This document shows positions 16,610 to 24,807 of a stretch of 27,779 bases of DNA, in pieces. A program made the translations under genes and the position numbers. Source of the DNA: Thermoplasmata archaeon (lineage in GTDB: Archaea; Thermoplasmatota; E2; UBA202; DSCA01); NCBI GenBank assembly GCA_021159125.1, contig JAGGSL010000140.1, positions 1 through 27,779 of the forward strand, read 5' to 3'. Position 1 is the first letter of the stretch. Every line of letters starts with the position of its first letter. Under the pieces are notes generated by a model. That model was not told where the DNA came from. It worked only from the letters and a program-made list of their open reading frames with translations, and made no database searches.

Positions 16610-17170
16610 GTGAAGATAAATAAAATTTCTGTGGTCCTATTTTCCGTCACAATTTTTTTCACTGCATCCATCTTTATTGCCCCTTTTCTGGTCGGAAAAG
16701 GCGAAGTAAAAAATCTTGACGGAAGCGCATGGAAAGTGGACTACAGGGAAAAATGGGACAGCATGCCGTTGTTTCCCCGCCTTATATATTACTTTGGGGA
16801 TATAAACTGCCACCAGAAGTATTATCGCTCTTATTACATCAACGAAAACCAGATGCCAGTATGCGCAAGAGATACGGGCATGTTTATAGGGCTGTCTTTC
16901 ATTTTCTTAATTTCAATTTTTGTTTCTGCAGGCAATACAATCAAAAACACTGTCATCAATTTCTTCTATCGTAAAATTAGGGATGCAAGAAAAATCTTAG
17001 TTCTTTTTTTTCTATTTCCAGTTCCTGCAGTTGCAGATGGGATTCTTCAGATGCTTACTCCCTATGAAAGCATAAATCCAATCAGGCTGGTAACCGGTCT
17101 TTTTATGGGCATGTCCATTGCTTTTTTTGTTTCCATATTATTTATAACAGACCCGCGCGCAGCATCATAA
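16610..17170 (+). CDS. DUF2085-like membrane protein
   Basis: NCHQ...RSY.IN.NQMPVCARDTG motif plus TM segments and PAVADG, RLVTGLFMG. Probable GTG start at 16610 (TTTATAAT at 16583-16590; ORF track 16589). Confidence 0.8.
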   Translation: MKINKISVVLFSVTIFFTASIFIAPFLVGKGEVKNLDGSAWKVDYREKWDSMPLFPRLIYYFGDINCHQKYYRSYYINENQMPVCARDTGMFIGLSFIFLISIFVSAGNTIKNTVINFFYRKIRDARKILVLFFLFPVPAVADGILQMLTPYESINPIRLVTGLFMGMSIAFFVSILFITDPRAAS

Positions 17171-17599
17171 TGTCTCTATTTCATCAAAAGCATCCCTTTT
17201 CAATATTTCAAGCAATTTTTTACCCGCTTCCTTAACTTTATCGCTTATGCCAGAATGAAACTGCCCCGGCTGTATCCCTATCAACATTACATCTGCATCG
17301 GTTGTTTTTTCAATGTGGGATATAAAAATTGAGAATGGTAACGAATGGGTGGAAAAACCTGCCAGACCTATTTTTTCTTTCGGGATAATTCTTGTTTCCC
17401 CTGCATCAAGCCCCATATCTGCTGCATCCACAATAACCACCTTCTTTGCCCCGCTTCTTTTTATCTCGGAGGTATAGTTTTCAGGGGCAGTAAAACAATC
17501 TATCGAGCGCCACCCATCGCGGGAAAAATTTCGGGCTATCCATACTCCTATGCCGTCGTCGCCGTTAATCTCATTTCCCACCCCGAGCAATATGTTCAT
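17165..17599 (-). CDS. hycI: Hydrogenase maturation endopeptidase (HycI/HyaD family)
   Basis: LLGVGNEINGDDGIG, APEN, VVIVDAADMG, STHSLP, IGIQP. Confidence 0.9.
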   Translation of the reverse strand: MNILLGVGNEINGDDGIGVWIARNFSRDGWRSIDCFTAPENYTSEIKRSGAKKVVIVDAADMGLDAGETRIIPKEKIGLAGFSTHSLPFSIFISHIEKTTDADVMLIGIQPGQFHSGISDKVKEAGKKLLEILKRDAFDEIETL

Positions 17600-17637
17600 G
17601 AGCATCATAACATAACTTCCTATAAAAATGCTATCGG

Positions 17638-17883
17638 CTACCCTCCTTCCAGCGGAGGAAATATTGCTACCTCATCGCCTTCCTTCATCCTCGAATTGCC
17701 GTCTGCATATCTGTGGTTGAGAGAAAGCACAGTATAATCTTTAAGTTCTTTCAGTTTAGGATATTTCTCCGAAAGCATCTCCAGCAAATCATTTAAACTG
17801 CTGTTTTCTTTGATTTCAACTTCGATTTCTTTTTCGCCCACTGCATCCCTGTGAGAAGAAAAGAACTTCACTTTAATCTTCAT
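17638..17883 (-). CDS. moaD: MoaD/ThiS-family ubiquitin-like sulfur carrier (SAMP-like), 81 aa
   Basis: MKIKVKFF..HRDAVG beta-grasp start and C-terminal GDEVAIFPPLEGG di-glycine. Start 17883 overlaps the ThiF stop (ATGA). Confidence 0.9.
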   Translation of the reverse strand: MKIKVKFFSSHRDAVGEKEIEVEIKENSSLNDLLEMLSEKYPKLKELKDYTVLSLNHRYADGNSRMKEGDEVAIFPPLEGG

Positions 17884-18629
17884 ATAACCCCGCAACTCGG
17901 ACATTTTTCGTTTCTTTCAAGCTCTATTATGTCATAAGAAAAAAATCTGCTGTCATATATTAGAAGCTTGTTTGTTAACAGCGATTCCATTCCAACAAAA
18001 AATTTTATCACCTCTGTCGCCTGTATTGTGCCTATAGTCCCTGCAACAGCGCCAAGTATCGGCGTTTTTTTGTGAGGCGGGGGGTTGGGAAAAATGCATT
18101 TCAGACATGCTGTTCTTTTAGGCATCACAGTCATAACCTGCCCTCCCATTTCCATGCACGCCCCATGAAATAGAGGAATGCCGATCTCTATTGCTGCATC
18201 ATTTATGACATATCTTGTTTCAAAATTATCCAGACAATCAACCACAGCATCCACATCCTTCAGCAGCCCAACCGCATTTTTCTCCGTGATTCTTTTGTTT
18301 ATCCCCGCAATCTCAATATTCGGATTGATTGCCCTGAGCTTTTTTTCTGCAGAATGAGCTTTGTCTCTGCCGATATCGCTTTCACTATAAAGTATCTGCC
18401 TGTTCAGATTTGAAAGTTCAACAACATCGTCATCTATAATTTTTATATACCCGATTCCGGCAGCAGCAAGATATATGGCGACTGCTGAACCCAGCCCCCC
18501 TGCGCCTGCAACCGCCGCCCTTGCATTTTTCAGTTTTTCCTGCCCTGCCTTTCCAAACTCCGGAATTGATATCTGACGGCTGTACCTGGCCATCTCTTCT
18601 TCCGTCAGCGTTATAGAATCAGATGCCAT
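17880..18629 (-). CDS. ThiF/MoeB-family E1-like adenylyltransferase
   Basis: RYSRQI, GQEKLK, GAGGLGS, DDDVVELSNLNRQ, VDCLDNFETR, Zn sites CLKC and CPSC. Probable start MASDS at 18629 (ORF track 18662). Confidence 0.92.
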   Translation of the reverse strand: MASDSITLTEEEMARYSRQISIPEFGKAGQEKLKNARAAVAGAGGLGSAVAIYLAAAGIGYIKIIDDDVVELSNLNRQILYSESDIGRDKAHSAEKKLRAINPNIEIAGINKRITEKNAVGLLKDVDAVVDCLDNFETRYVINDAAIEIGIPLFHGACMEMGGQVMTVMPKRTACLKCIFPNPPPHKKTPILGAVAGTIGTIQATEVIKFFVGMESLLTNKLLIYDSRFFSYDIIELERNEKCPSCGVI

Positions 18630-18648
18630 GGAATCACTATCTGTGGGA

Positions 18649-19779
18649 CTATTTCCATGCATCGTAAAACCTCCTTGCTAATTTTTTAATCCCCTTCCAG
18701 ACATCTTTTCCATGATATGCATCGGCCATGAGATGGGCGACTTCTCTCATTTCCTGCTCCTTCATTCCTATGTGGGTGGCTTCTGCAACCCCTATGCGCC
18801 CTGAAATGTCTATGAAAATTCCCTGCTCTTCCATTTTTCCGCAGAATTTTTTTGCCTCTGATGGTTCGAAATCAAGCAAAATCTGGTGTGACATGGTAAA
18901 GCCCTTTTCTGAAAATTTTACAGGTATGCCGAGCTCATGGAGCGATAACGCAAGCTCTCTTGCATTTTTTACTATTTGCCCTGCATATTCCCTCCCGTGA
19001 GAAAGCATTTCTTCCAGCACAATGCCTATTGCGGCAATCCTGTGGGCATGAGGGTTATCAACCAGGCCTATGCCTTCATCGAAGTCAAATTGCAGCATTT
19101 TTTTTAGCATTTCAGCTTTTTCTTCTGAATTTGTGAGAACAATGCCGCCCTGCGGACCGGGAAATGTTTTGTGAGTTGAGCCAATCATAACATCTGCCCC
19201 TTCTTTCAAAGGTTGCTGGAATCTGCCGCCTGCCACCAATCCGAGGACGTGGGATGCATCGTAGACCATAGTGCCGTATCTTTTTGCGTTCTCAAGCTCT
19301 TTCACAGGATGAGGAAATAGTATCACAGAAGAGCCGAGCATTGTAACCTCTGGCTTCTCCTTATTTATGACATCAATCGCTTCATCAACAATTATTTCTG
19401 TTTTCCTTACAGGAAGAGGAATCAGCTTTCTCTCAAATTTTTTGTAGCCCAACGGATAGCCGCCTTCTTCCTTTGGGACTGCAGCAATTTTTCCCTGGCA
19501 GGATGTAAAAGAGAAAAGGACTGCAAGGTCGCATATGTTTCCTGAAAGCGGTGTTACAAATGCGTACTTTGAATTAAAAACCTTTTTTGCCAAATTCTCC
19601 ACTTCCTCAAAAATCTGGGCAGCAAATTTACTGCCGCCGTACCATTTATCTCCGTATCTGCCGGCAAGGTCTGACGAGAGGGCATTGAGGGCAGACGAAA
19701 TCACTCTGTTTTCTGATGCAACAAGATTTATCCCTGAAGTCCTGTAAGCCTCATGCTCTTTTATCAGCTGCGAAATCAT
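18649..19779 (-). CDS. Serine hydroxymethyltransferase-like PLP enzyme (divergent, short)
   Basis: NLVASEN, YDASHVLGL, GSTHKTFPGPQGG (PLP lysine), SHQILLD, SGRIG. Several folate-related segments are altered or deleted (see findings). Confidence 0.85.
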   Translation of the reverse strand: MISQLIKEHEAYRTSGINLVASENRVISSALNALSSDLAGRYGDKWYGGSKFAAQIFEEVENLAKKVFNSKYAFVTPLSGNICDLAVLFSFTSCQGKIAAVPKEEGGYPLGYKKFERKLIPLPVRKTEIIVDEAIDVINKEKPEVTMLGSSVILFPHPVKELENAKRYGTMVYDASHVLGLVAGGRFQQPLKEGADVMIGSTHKTFPGPQGGIVLTNSEEKAEMLKKMLQFDFDEGIGLVDNPHAHRIAAIGIVLEEMLSHGREYAGQIVKNARELALSLHELGIPVKFSEKGFTMSHQILLDFEPSEAKKFCGKMEEQGIFIDISGRIGVAEATHIGMKEQEMREVAHLMADAYHGKDVWKGIKKLARRFYDAWK

Positions 19780-19808
19780 ACGCAATTAATGGAAGGAAGC
19801 TTAAAAAT

Positions 19809-20702
19809 TTACGCCTTTTTGTATTTTTTCCATATGATGGCGATTATCAGGGCTATGATGAGCAGCAGAAATATGGCTGATGCTATGGCGCCGCCTGATA
19901 TGCCGGGCTCCGAGCTTTTCACAAATACCGGAATTGCAACTGTTTTCTCTCCCCATCCGGGATTTGAAGACGGAGAGTATGTTACCTCAATCCATCCCTC
20001 TTCTGAGCCCTTTCCGGAAGCTCTGAATGTCAACGGTATTGACTTCGTGGGTGTTCCCGTGTATTTTGAGGAAATGACAAGTTCTGGCTGGGTAGCTGTG
20101 ACCTTCCAATCGCTTGAGAGATTCATTATGTTTATTTTTACATAAATATCTCCGTTGCACATGTTCGTGATGTTCAGATAAACTTTCTCGCTTTCTCCCT
20201 TGACGAGATTTATCGTGCTATCCGATAGCTGTGTTGAGATTCCCTTGTCAACGAAATCCTGCATAACGGTCACTTTTTTCTCTGTTTCAGAGCCCTGTAC
20301 CAGGAAGCTGCCGTTTGTATATGCATGGAGAGTGATGGACTCATAAGAAAATGCTTTTGTTTCAGCACTTGCCGTCAGCTTTATAGGAATGACCTTTCTC
20401 TCTTCTCCTCCTGTAAATCCTTTTGGCGTGACGCTGAAGGAGCTAACAGACGGAGAAACATATAGCCAGTTCGGCACATCTTTAACTTCAAGGTATACTG
20501 TCACAGGCAGGGGAAGGAAAGAGCCAAATCCCCACCTGAACGTGACATTTGCATTTATTGTCACAGAATCCGAGGGTGGAATTGGCTGTGGATCACTCAC
20601 GTCCAAATCAATTCCTGAAGACACAAAACATCCTTCTGCTGACGGTAAAAGAATTGCAAGTATAGCCACCATTATTATTGCTTTTCCAAATGCCATGCTC
20701 AT
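19809..20702 (-). CDS. Surface protein with signal peptide, beta-rich ectodomain and C-terminal TM anchor
   Basis: N-terminal hydrophobic segment, Ser/Thr/Val-rich beta-strand pattern, C-terminal GGAIASAIFLLLIIALIIAIIW followed by KKYKKA. Confidence 0.8.
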   Translation of the reverse strand: MSMAFGKAIIMVAILAILLPSAEGCFVSSGIDLDVSDPQPIPPSDSVTINANVTFRWGFGSFLPLPVTVYLEVKDVPNWLYVSPSVSSFSVTPKGFTGGEERKVIPIKLTASAETKAFSYESITLHAYTNGSFLVQGSETEKKVTVMQDFVDKGISTQLSDSTINLVKGESEKVYLNITNMCNGDIYVKINIMNLSSDWKVTATQPELVISSKYTGTPTKSIPLTFRASGKGSEEGWIEVTYSPSSNPGWGEKTVAIPVFVKSSEPGISGGAIASAIFLLLIIALIIAIIWKKYKKA

Positions 20703-20739
20703 TTATGCGGCAGCAGTATAAATAAATTTTTCAAGGTGA

Positions 20740-21303
20740 CTATTCTATTGTTATGCTTTCTATTATGACATCATTGACAGGCCAGTCCTGCATTTGCCCA
20801 TACGGTGTATTTTTTGTGGTCGTTTCCACAGAGGCGATTGCTCTCACGACTTCCATGCCCTCTATGACTTTTCCGAATGCTGCATATTGCCCGTCCAGAT
20901 AGTGCTGCGCTCCATCGCATATGAAAAACTGGCTTGTGGCGCTGTTCGGGTCAGATGTTCTTGCCATTGATATGGCGCCGTCGACGTGTGTCACATCAGG
21001 ATTTGTCTCCAGAGGAATGGGACCGTAAGGACTCTCTTTATACGTTCCGTTAGGATAAAATCCGCCTCCCTGGATCATGAAATTTTTAATGACTCTATGA
21101 AAGACAAGGCCGTTATAAAATCCATCATTTGCAAGCTTGACGAAATTTTTGGTTGTAGTGGGCATTTTATCCTCATATAACTCTACTTTCATTGTGCCCA
21201 TGTTTGTTTTTATAACTGCTACGGGATTTTTTTCTTTGCCTGTGCATCCACTGAGCGAGGATGCAATTAAAAACCCCAGCAACAGCACAGCAATTTTTTT
21301 CAT
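20740..21303 (-). CDS. Cyclophilin-type peptidyl-prolyl cis-trans isomerase with lipoprotein signal peptide
   Basis: FYNGLVFHRVIKNFMIQGGG, GAISMART...SATSQFFI, LDGQYAAFGKVIEG. True start MKKIAVLLLGFLIASSLSGC (lipobox LSGC) at 21303. Confidence 0.93.
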   Translation of the reverse strand: MKKIAVLLLGFLIASSLSGCTGKEKNPVAVIKTNMGTMKVELYEDKMPTTTKNFVKLANDGFYNGLVFHRVIKNFMIQGGGFYPNGTYKESPYGPIPLETNPDVTHVDGAISMARTSDPNSATSQFFICDGAQHYLDGQYAAFGKVIEGMEVVRAIASVETTTKNTPYGQMQDWPVNDVIIESITIE

Positions 21304-21376
21304 ATTTCCGTATTTGGGATGAATAGATATATTTTTGGTTCGAGTCCTGGTTAGGATATTATGTTTCCTGCCTTTG

Positions 21377-22468
21377 CTATTCATCAGGCAAAATTTTTTT
21401 CATTCGCCTTACTGCTTTCAGCTTTTCCTCTTTCCCGATTTTTGCTTCTTCTATACCCTGCTTTATGATGGAAGTTGCTTCATCCATTGCTCTCCTGTTC
21501 ACAGGGTACGGTACCCCGTCTTTTCCGCCAACAGCAAAAGAGTATTTTATGGGGTCTTTCCATGAGGGGGGAGCGCCGTACATCAATTCCGATATATATG
21601 CAAGAGCCCTCACTGTCGCAGGCCCCACACCCCTGATTGAAAGCATCTCTTCATAGTCACGAGGCTGGAACTCATATATCCCTTTTATCACATTCCAGTT
21701 TATTCTCTGCGGCATGCGGAGATGGGGAATTTTCATGTTCCATCCATCAAGGGTTGTCTGGCACGATGGCTTTTTGAGAAGCTCCCATTCCCTTCTCAAA
21801 TGCCTCGGGTTATCTCTCACCAGGTCAACGGATACTTTTCTCGCCTCCCTGCTTTCCCTTGCGGTCATATCCATTGCCTTCTCCTTTTTTCCCAAAATTG
21901 CATTATGGGGCTCTTCAACAAAAACCTTCAGATCGTCAGATAGCCAGTGGTATCTTCTCGCATATTTATAATCGATGTTCATCCCCTGCTGTATAACAGC
22001 CCAATCGCCATCTTCTGACATTATGAGAACATGGTGGTAAAGCGCATAGCCGTCCTGAAGCGCAGCATTATCCACTTTTGCCGCCATCCTGCTCGCATAT
22101 TTCAACGAATCTATGGTTTCTTCCCCCAGGCCCATCTCGTAGCCGATTGTGTCTATCTCCTCAAGGGTTTTTTTCGAACTTTTGCCCTTCCCTCCTGCTA
22201 TCCTCACTTCACGCTTCCCTGACAGAGCTTCCTTAAGGGCACCGCATGTGACTGTTGTAGTGCCAGAGGAATGCCAGTCAAATCCGAGCACGCATGAAAA
22301 TGCCTGAAACCAGAAAGGGTCTGAAATTGTCTGCAAAAATTTTTTCTTTCCGTACTCGTAAATCATAACCTCGGATATTGCCTCCGCAAGCTTTACCATT
22401 CTCCCGAACAACCATCTGGGCGCTTTTCCTGGATGCAAAGGGAGCGATGCCATCCCTGTCCTTTCCAT
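21377..22468 (-). CDS. DUF763-like protein
   Basis: LPLHPGKAPRWLF.RM, WFQAFSCVLGFDWHSSGTTT, AAKVDNAALQDGY.LYHH, FAVGGKDGVPYPV. Includes an HhH-like segment IRGVGPATVRAL. Confidence 0.85.
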   Translation of the reverse strand: MERTGMASLPLHPGKAPRWLFGRMVKLAEAISEVMIYEYGKKKFLQTISDPFWFQAFSCVLGFDWHSSGTTTVTCGALKEALSGKREVRIAGGKGKSSKKTLEEIDTIGYEMGLGEETIDSLKYASRMAAKVDNAALQDGYALYHHVLIMSEDGDWAVIQQGMNIDYKYARRYHWLSDDLKVFVEEPHNAILGKKEKAMDMTARESREARKVSVDLVRDNPRHLRREWELLKKPSCQTTLDGWNMKIPHLRMPQRINWNVIKGIYEFQPRDYEEMLSIRGVGPATVRALAYISELMYGAPPSWKDPIKYSFAVGGKDGVPYPVNRRAMDEATSIIKQGIEEAKIGKEEKLKAVRRMKKILPDE

Positions 22469-22665
22469 TGGATAAATATGGGGGCCGAAATATAAAAGCT
22501 TGCACGGGGGGCAGATTTAAATAAAAACTTTTCCTTTCAAAAAACAAATGTGGGAGGCAGGGGGACGGAGAGGCGGTGATTGGAAAAAGTAGAGGAGGGA
22601 AAATCCTCTTCCTATCCCCCAGTTCGTGAAAGTAAAATGTTCTTATTGTTTATAAAGGATATCTG

Positions 22666-22727
22666 ACAAACATCGAAACGTATAATACAAATATCGAATA
22701 CAAAATTTTTTATATCGCCCTCCGATA
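22666..22727 (+). promoter_or_regulatory. Candidate operator: ACAAA(C/T)ATCGAA direct repeats at 21-bp spacing plus a TATCG-N5-CGATA palindrome overlapping the TATA element
   Basis: Copies at 22666-22677 and 22687-22698, third TATCG core at 22713-22717 in the same phase, CGATA at 22723-22727, TTTTATAT at 22707-22714. Confidence 0.5.
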
Positions 22728-22747
22728 AATAAATTCGGGGTGTTAGC

Positions 22748-22993
22748 ATAGAAGAGATAATAATATTTTCATCAATTGTAATGCTGGGGTTATCATTTTT
22801 GTTGATGCTTGTTTCGGTAGTATCATATTTAAGGATAAAAGACATAAAAATGCTTTTTCTGGTGGCAGCGTTCTCTCTGTTTTTTGTAAAAGGTATTTTC
22901 TTGCTCGCAGAAGTTGCCCATCAAAGTTTGATTTTGATAGTGTTTGATTTGCTGATAATAGTTTTTCTCTACCTTACTGTGGTCAGGAGATAG
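22748..22993 (+). CDS. Small ~3-TM membrane protein upstream of a wHTH regulator
   Basis: ORF track starts at ATG 22781, but the frame is open and hydrophobic upstream (IEEIIIFSSIV). GGTG SD lies 5 nt before ATA at 22748, so the start is uncertain. Confidence 0.65.
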   Translation: MEEIIIFSSIVMLGLSFLLMLVSVVSYLRIKDIKMLFLVAAFSLFFVKGIFLLAEVAHQSLILIVFDLLIIVFLYLTVVRR

Positions 22994-23017
22994 GTAATTC
23001 GATGGGAGTGTCATCAG

Positions 23018-23572
23018 ATGATAAAAGAGGATTCGCTTGCCCTGGAAACCAGAAGAAAAATATACAATCTTATTTTAAACTATCCGGGGCTTCATGAGAG
23101 GGAAATTGCAAGAAAGCTCGATATATCGCTGAGCACTCTGGATTATCACCTCCATTACCTGGAAAAGAGGGAAATAGTTGTTTCCAAAAAAGACGGGAGA
23201 TATACACGCTACTTCGCTTCTCTAAAAGTGGGAATGCAGGACAAAAAAATTATTGCCATACTCCGCCAAAAAACGCCCCGCAAAATAATTCTATTCCTCT
23301 TGATGCATCCGGATTCCATCCACAAGGATATATGCGAGGGGGTGAAAAAATCTCCTTCCACAATCTCGTTCCACCTGAAAAAGATGGTTGATGCGGGTAT
23401 TATTGAAGCCGTCTCTCTCGGGAGAGAAACAGCATATTCTGTAAAGGATGAAGAGGAGGTGATAAAAATGCTTATCACCTACAAAAACACGTTTTTGGAC
23501 AGCGCTGTTGACAGTTTCATAGAAACATGGTCATCGCTAAACCCCGACCAGGTCAAAAAGTTCAGAGAATAG
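23018..23572 (+). CDS. Tandem winged helix-turn-helix transcriptional regulator (ArsR/MarR-like)
   Basis: Two wHTH units: PGLHEREIARKLDISLSTLDYHLHYLEK and SIHKDICEGVKKSPSTISFHLKKMVDAGII. GGAGTG SD upstream. Confidence 0.9.
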   Translation: MIKEDSLALETRRKIYNLILNYPGLHEREIARKLDISLSTLDYHLHYLEKREIVVSKKDGRYTRYFASLKVGMQDKKIIAILRQKTPRKIILFLLMHPDSIHKDICEGVKKSPSTISFHLKKMVDAGIIEAVSLGRETAYSVKDEEEVIKMLITYKNTFLDSAVDSFIETWSSLNPDQVKKFRE

Positions 23573-24734
23573 ACTTATCTTTTCTGAACATTGCCCACGC
23601 TGCTGCAACAACAACCAGCATGGCGCTTACTGCCGCCATTCCCATGAAAATCGGGTTTTTGACAAGAGATTCTATAACAATTTTATGTTCACTGAAATGA
23701 GGGATGCTTATCAACAGGAAAAATTCATCTCCGCATTTTGATTTTACATTGACAATGGAATACTCCGGCTGCAGCCCGTCATTGTCTGGATTTAACACAT
23801 CTGTCAGGTTATCAGCCATTGGTATCTCTTTTCCGTCAAACATGACTTTCAAATCTTTCGGAGACATCGCCCCACCGATATTGACCTTTATTGTCTTCCC
23901 TGCAGTATGGTCGTCCCCGCTTACAAAAAATTCTGCTTTTTCGCCATTAATAGTAACATTCTTTATGCTCACATTTCCGTAATAGGAAACAGAGTCAACC
24001 TTGTAGCTGTTATTTTTTCTGACAATGGTTATTTCTCCTCCGAGCGTTCTTGCTTTTATCGCTCTACTGACGGCTTCCTCAGCATTGTATATTTCCGGGG
24101 TTTTATCTGCAATGGGTCCGAGATCCGTGCCCCTGAACATCACATTCTTCTTAGCCACTATTTTCCCGTCCTTTTCTTCGAGCATATCGTTGCTTATTAT
24201 AGTCCCGGAAAAATTATTTTTTGATATTTCAACGATATTCCCTTCCCACGTCAGGTTATATTTGCTCAAATTTGAAAAGATTATATCTCCCGTAGTATGT
24301 ATTTTCAGAAAATTGATTGAGGTATCATGCATCTCTATACTGCAGTTTCCATAGGTGAACGATATCTCCGACCTTTCGAATGCCATTTTTTTGTAGGACA
24401 AATCATTTATGTAGTCCTTCAGCCACTCCTCTTTAGAGAGCAATTTCTTCAATACGGCATCATCAAGAATCTGGAAATAAATTTCCATATGGTCTGATTT
24501 ATAAATTATATCAAGCAGGTGGGAACCCTCGGCAGAGTAAACAGAAATCATGCATCCTTCAAGCCCTGAAAGCGCATATTTCCCGGCAATTCCATCTGAA
24601 CCATACTGACAGAAGCTTCCGACATCAAAATAATGGCCACTCTCTTCATTTGAGGTTCCATCTCCCAAAGCTGTGCCACTACCAAGTACAATAATCAATA
24701 CAATGACCGGAACTATCAGCTTTATCCCTTTCAT
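23562..24734 (-). CDS. Surface/secreted protein with C-terminal TM anchor
   Basis: Signal peptide MKGIKLIVPVIVLIIVLGSGTALG at 24734 (ORF track 24779), beta-rich body, IPHFSEHKIVIES, then TM helix and FRKDKSIL. Confidence 0.8.
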   Translation of the reverse strand: MKGIKLIVPVIVLIIVLGSGTALGDGTSNEESGHYFDVGSFCQYGSDGIAGKYALSGLEGCMISVYSAEGSHLLDIIYKSDHMEIYFQILDDAVLKKLLSKEEWLKDYINDLSYKKMAFERSEISFTYGNCSIEMHDTSINFLKIHTTGDIIFSNLSKYNLTWEGNIVEISKNNFSGTIISNDMLEEKDGKIVAKKNVMFRGTDLGPIADKTPEIYNAEEAVSRAIKARTLGGEITIVRKNNSYKVDSVSYYGNVSIKNVTINGEKAEFFVSGDDHTAGKTIKVNIGGAMSPKDLKVMFDGKEIPMADNLTDVLNPDNDGLQPEYSIVNVKSKCGDEFFLLISIPHFSEHKIVIESLVKNPIFMGMAAVSAMLVVVAAAWAMFRKDKSIL

Positions 24735-24807
24735 CTGGAATCTATTATTACTTCTTGTTTTATAAAGAGTATGGTACATTTATCGAATACTCATGTTCTT
24801 CAGAGCA

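Noticed and set aside
21337-21347. GGTTCGAGTCC, resembling a tRNA T-loop
   Set aside because: Flanking bases (TTT/TGG) do not complete the T-stem, and no acceptor, D or anticodon arms are present.
22548-22628. Tiny plus-strand ORFs (MWEAGGRRGGDWKK; VIGKSRGGKILFLSPSS)
   Set aside because: 14-17 codons with no supporting motif; better explained by low-complexity purine-rich sequence.
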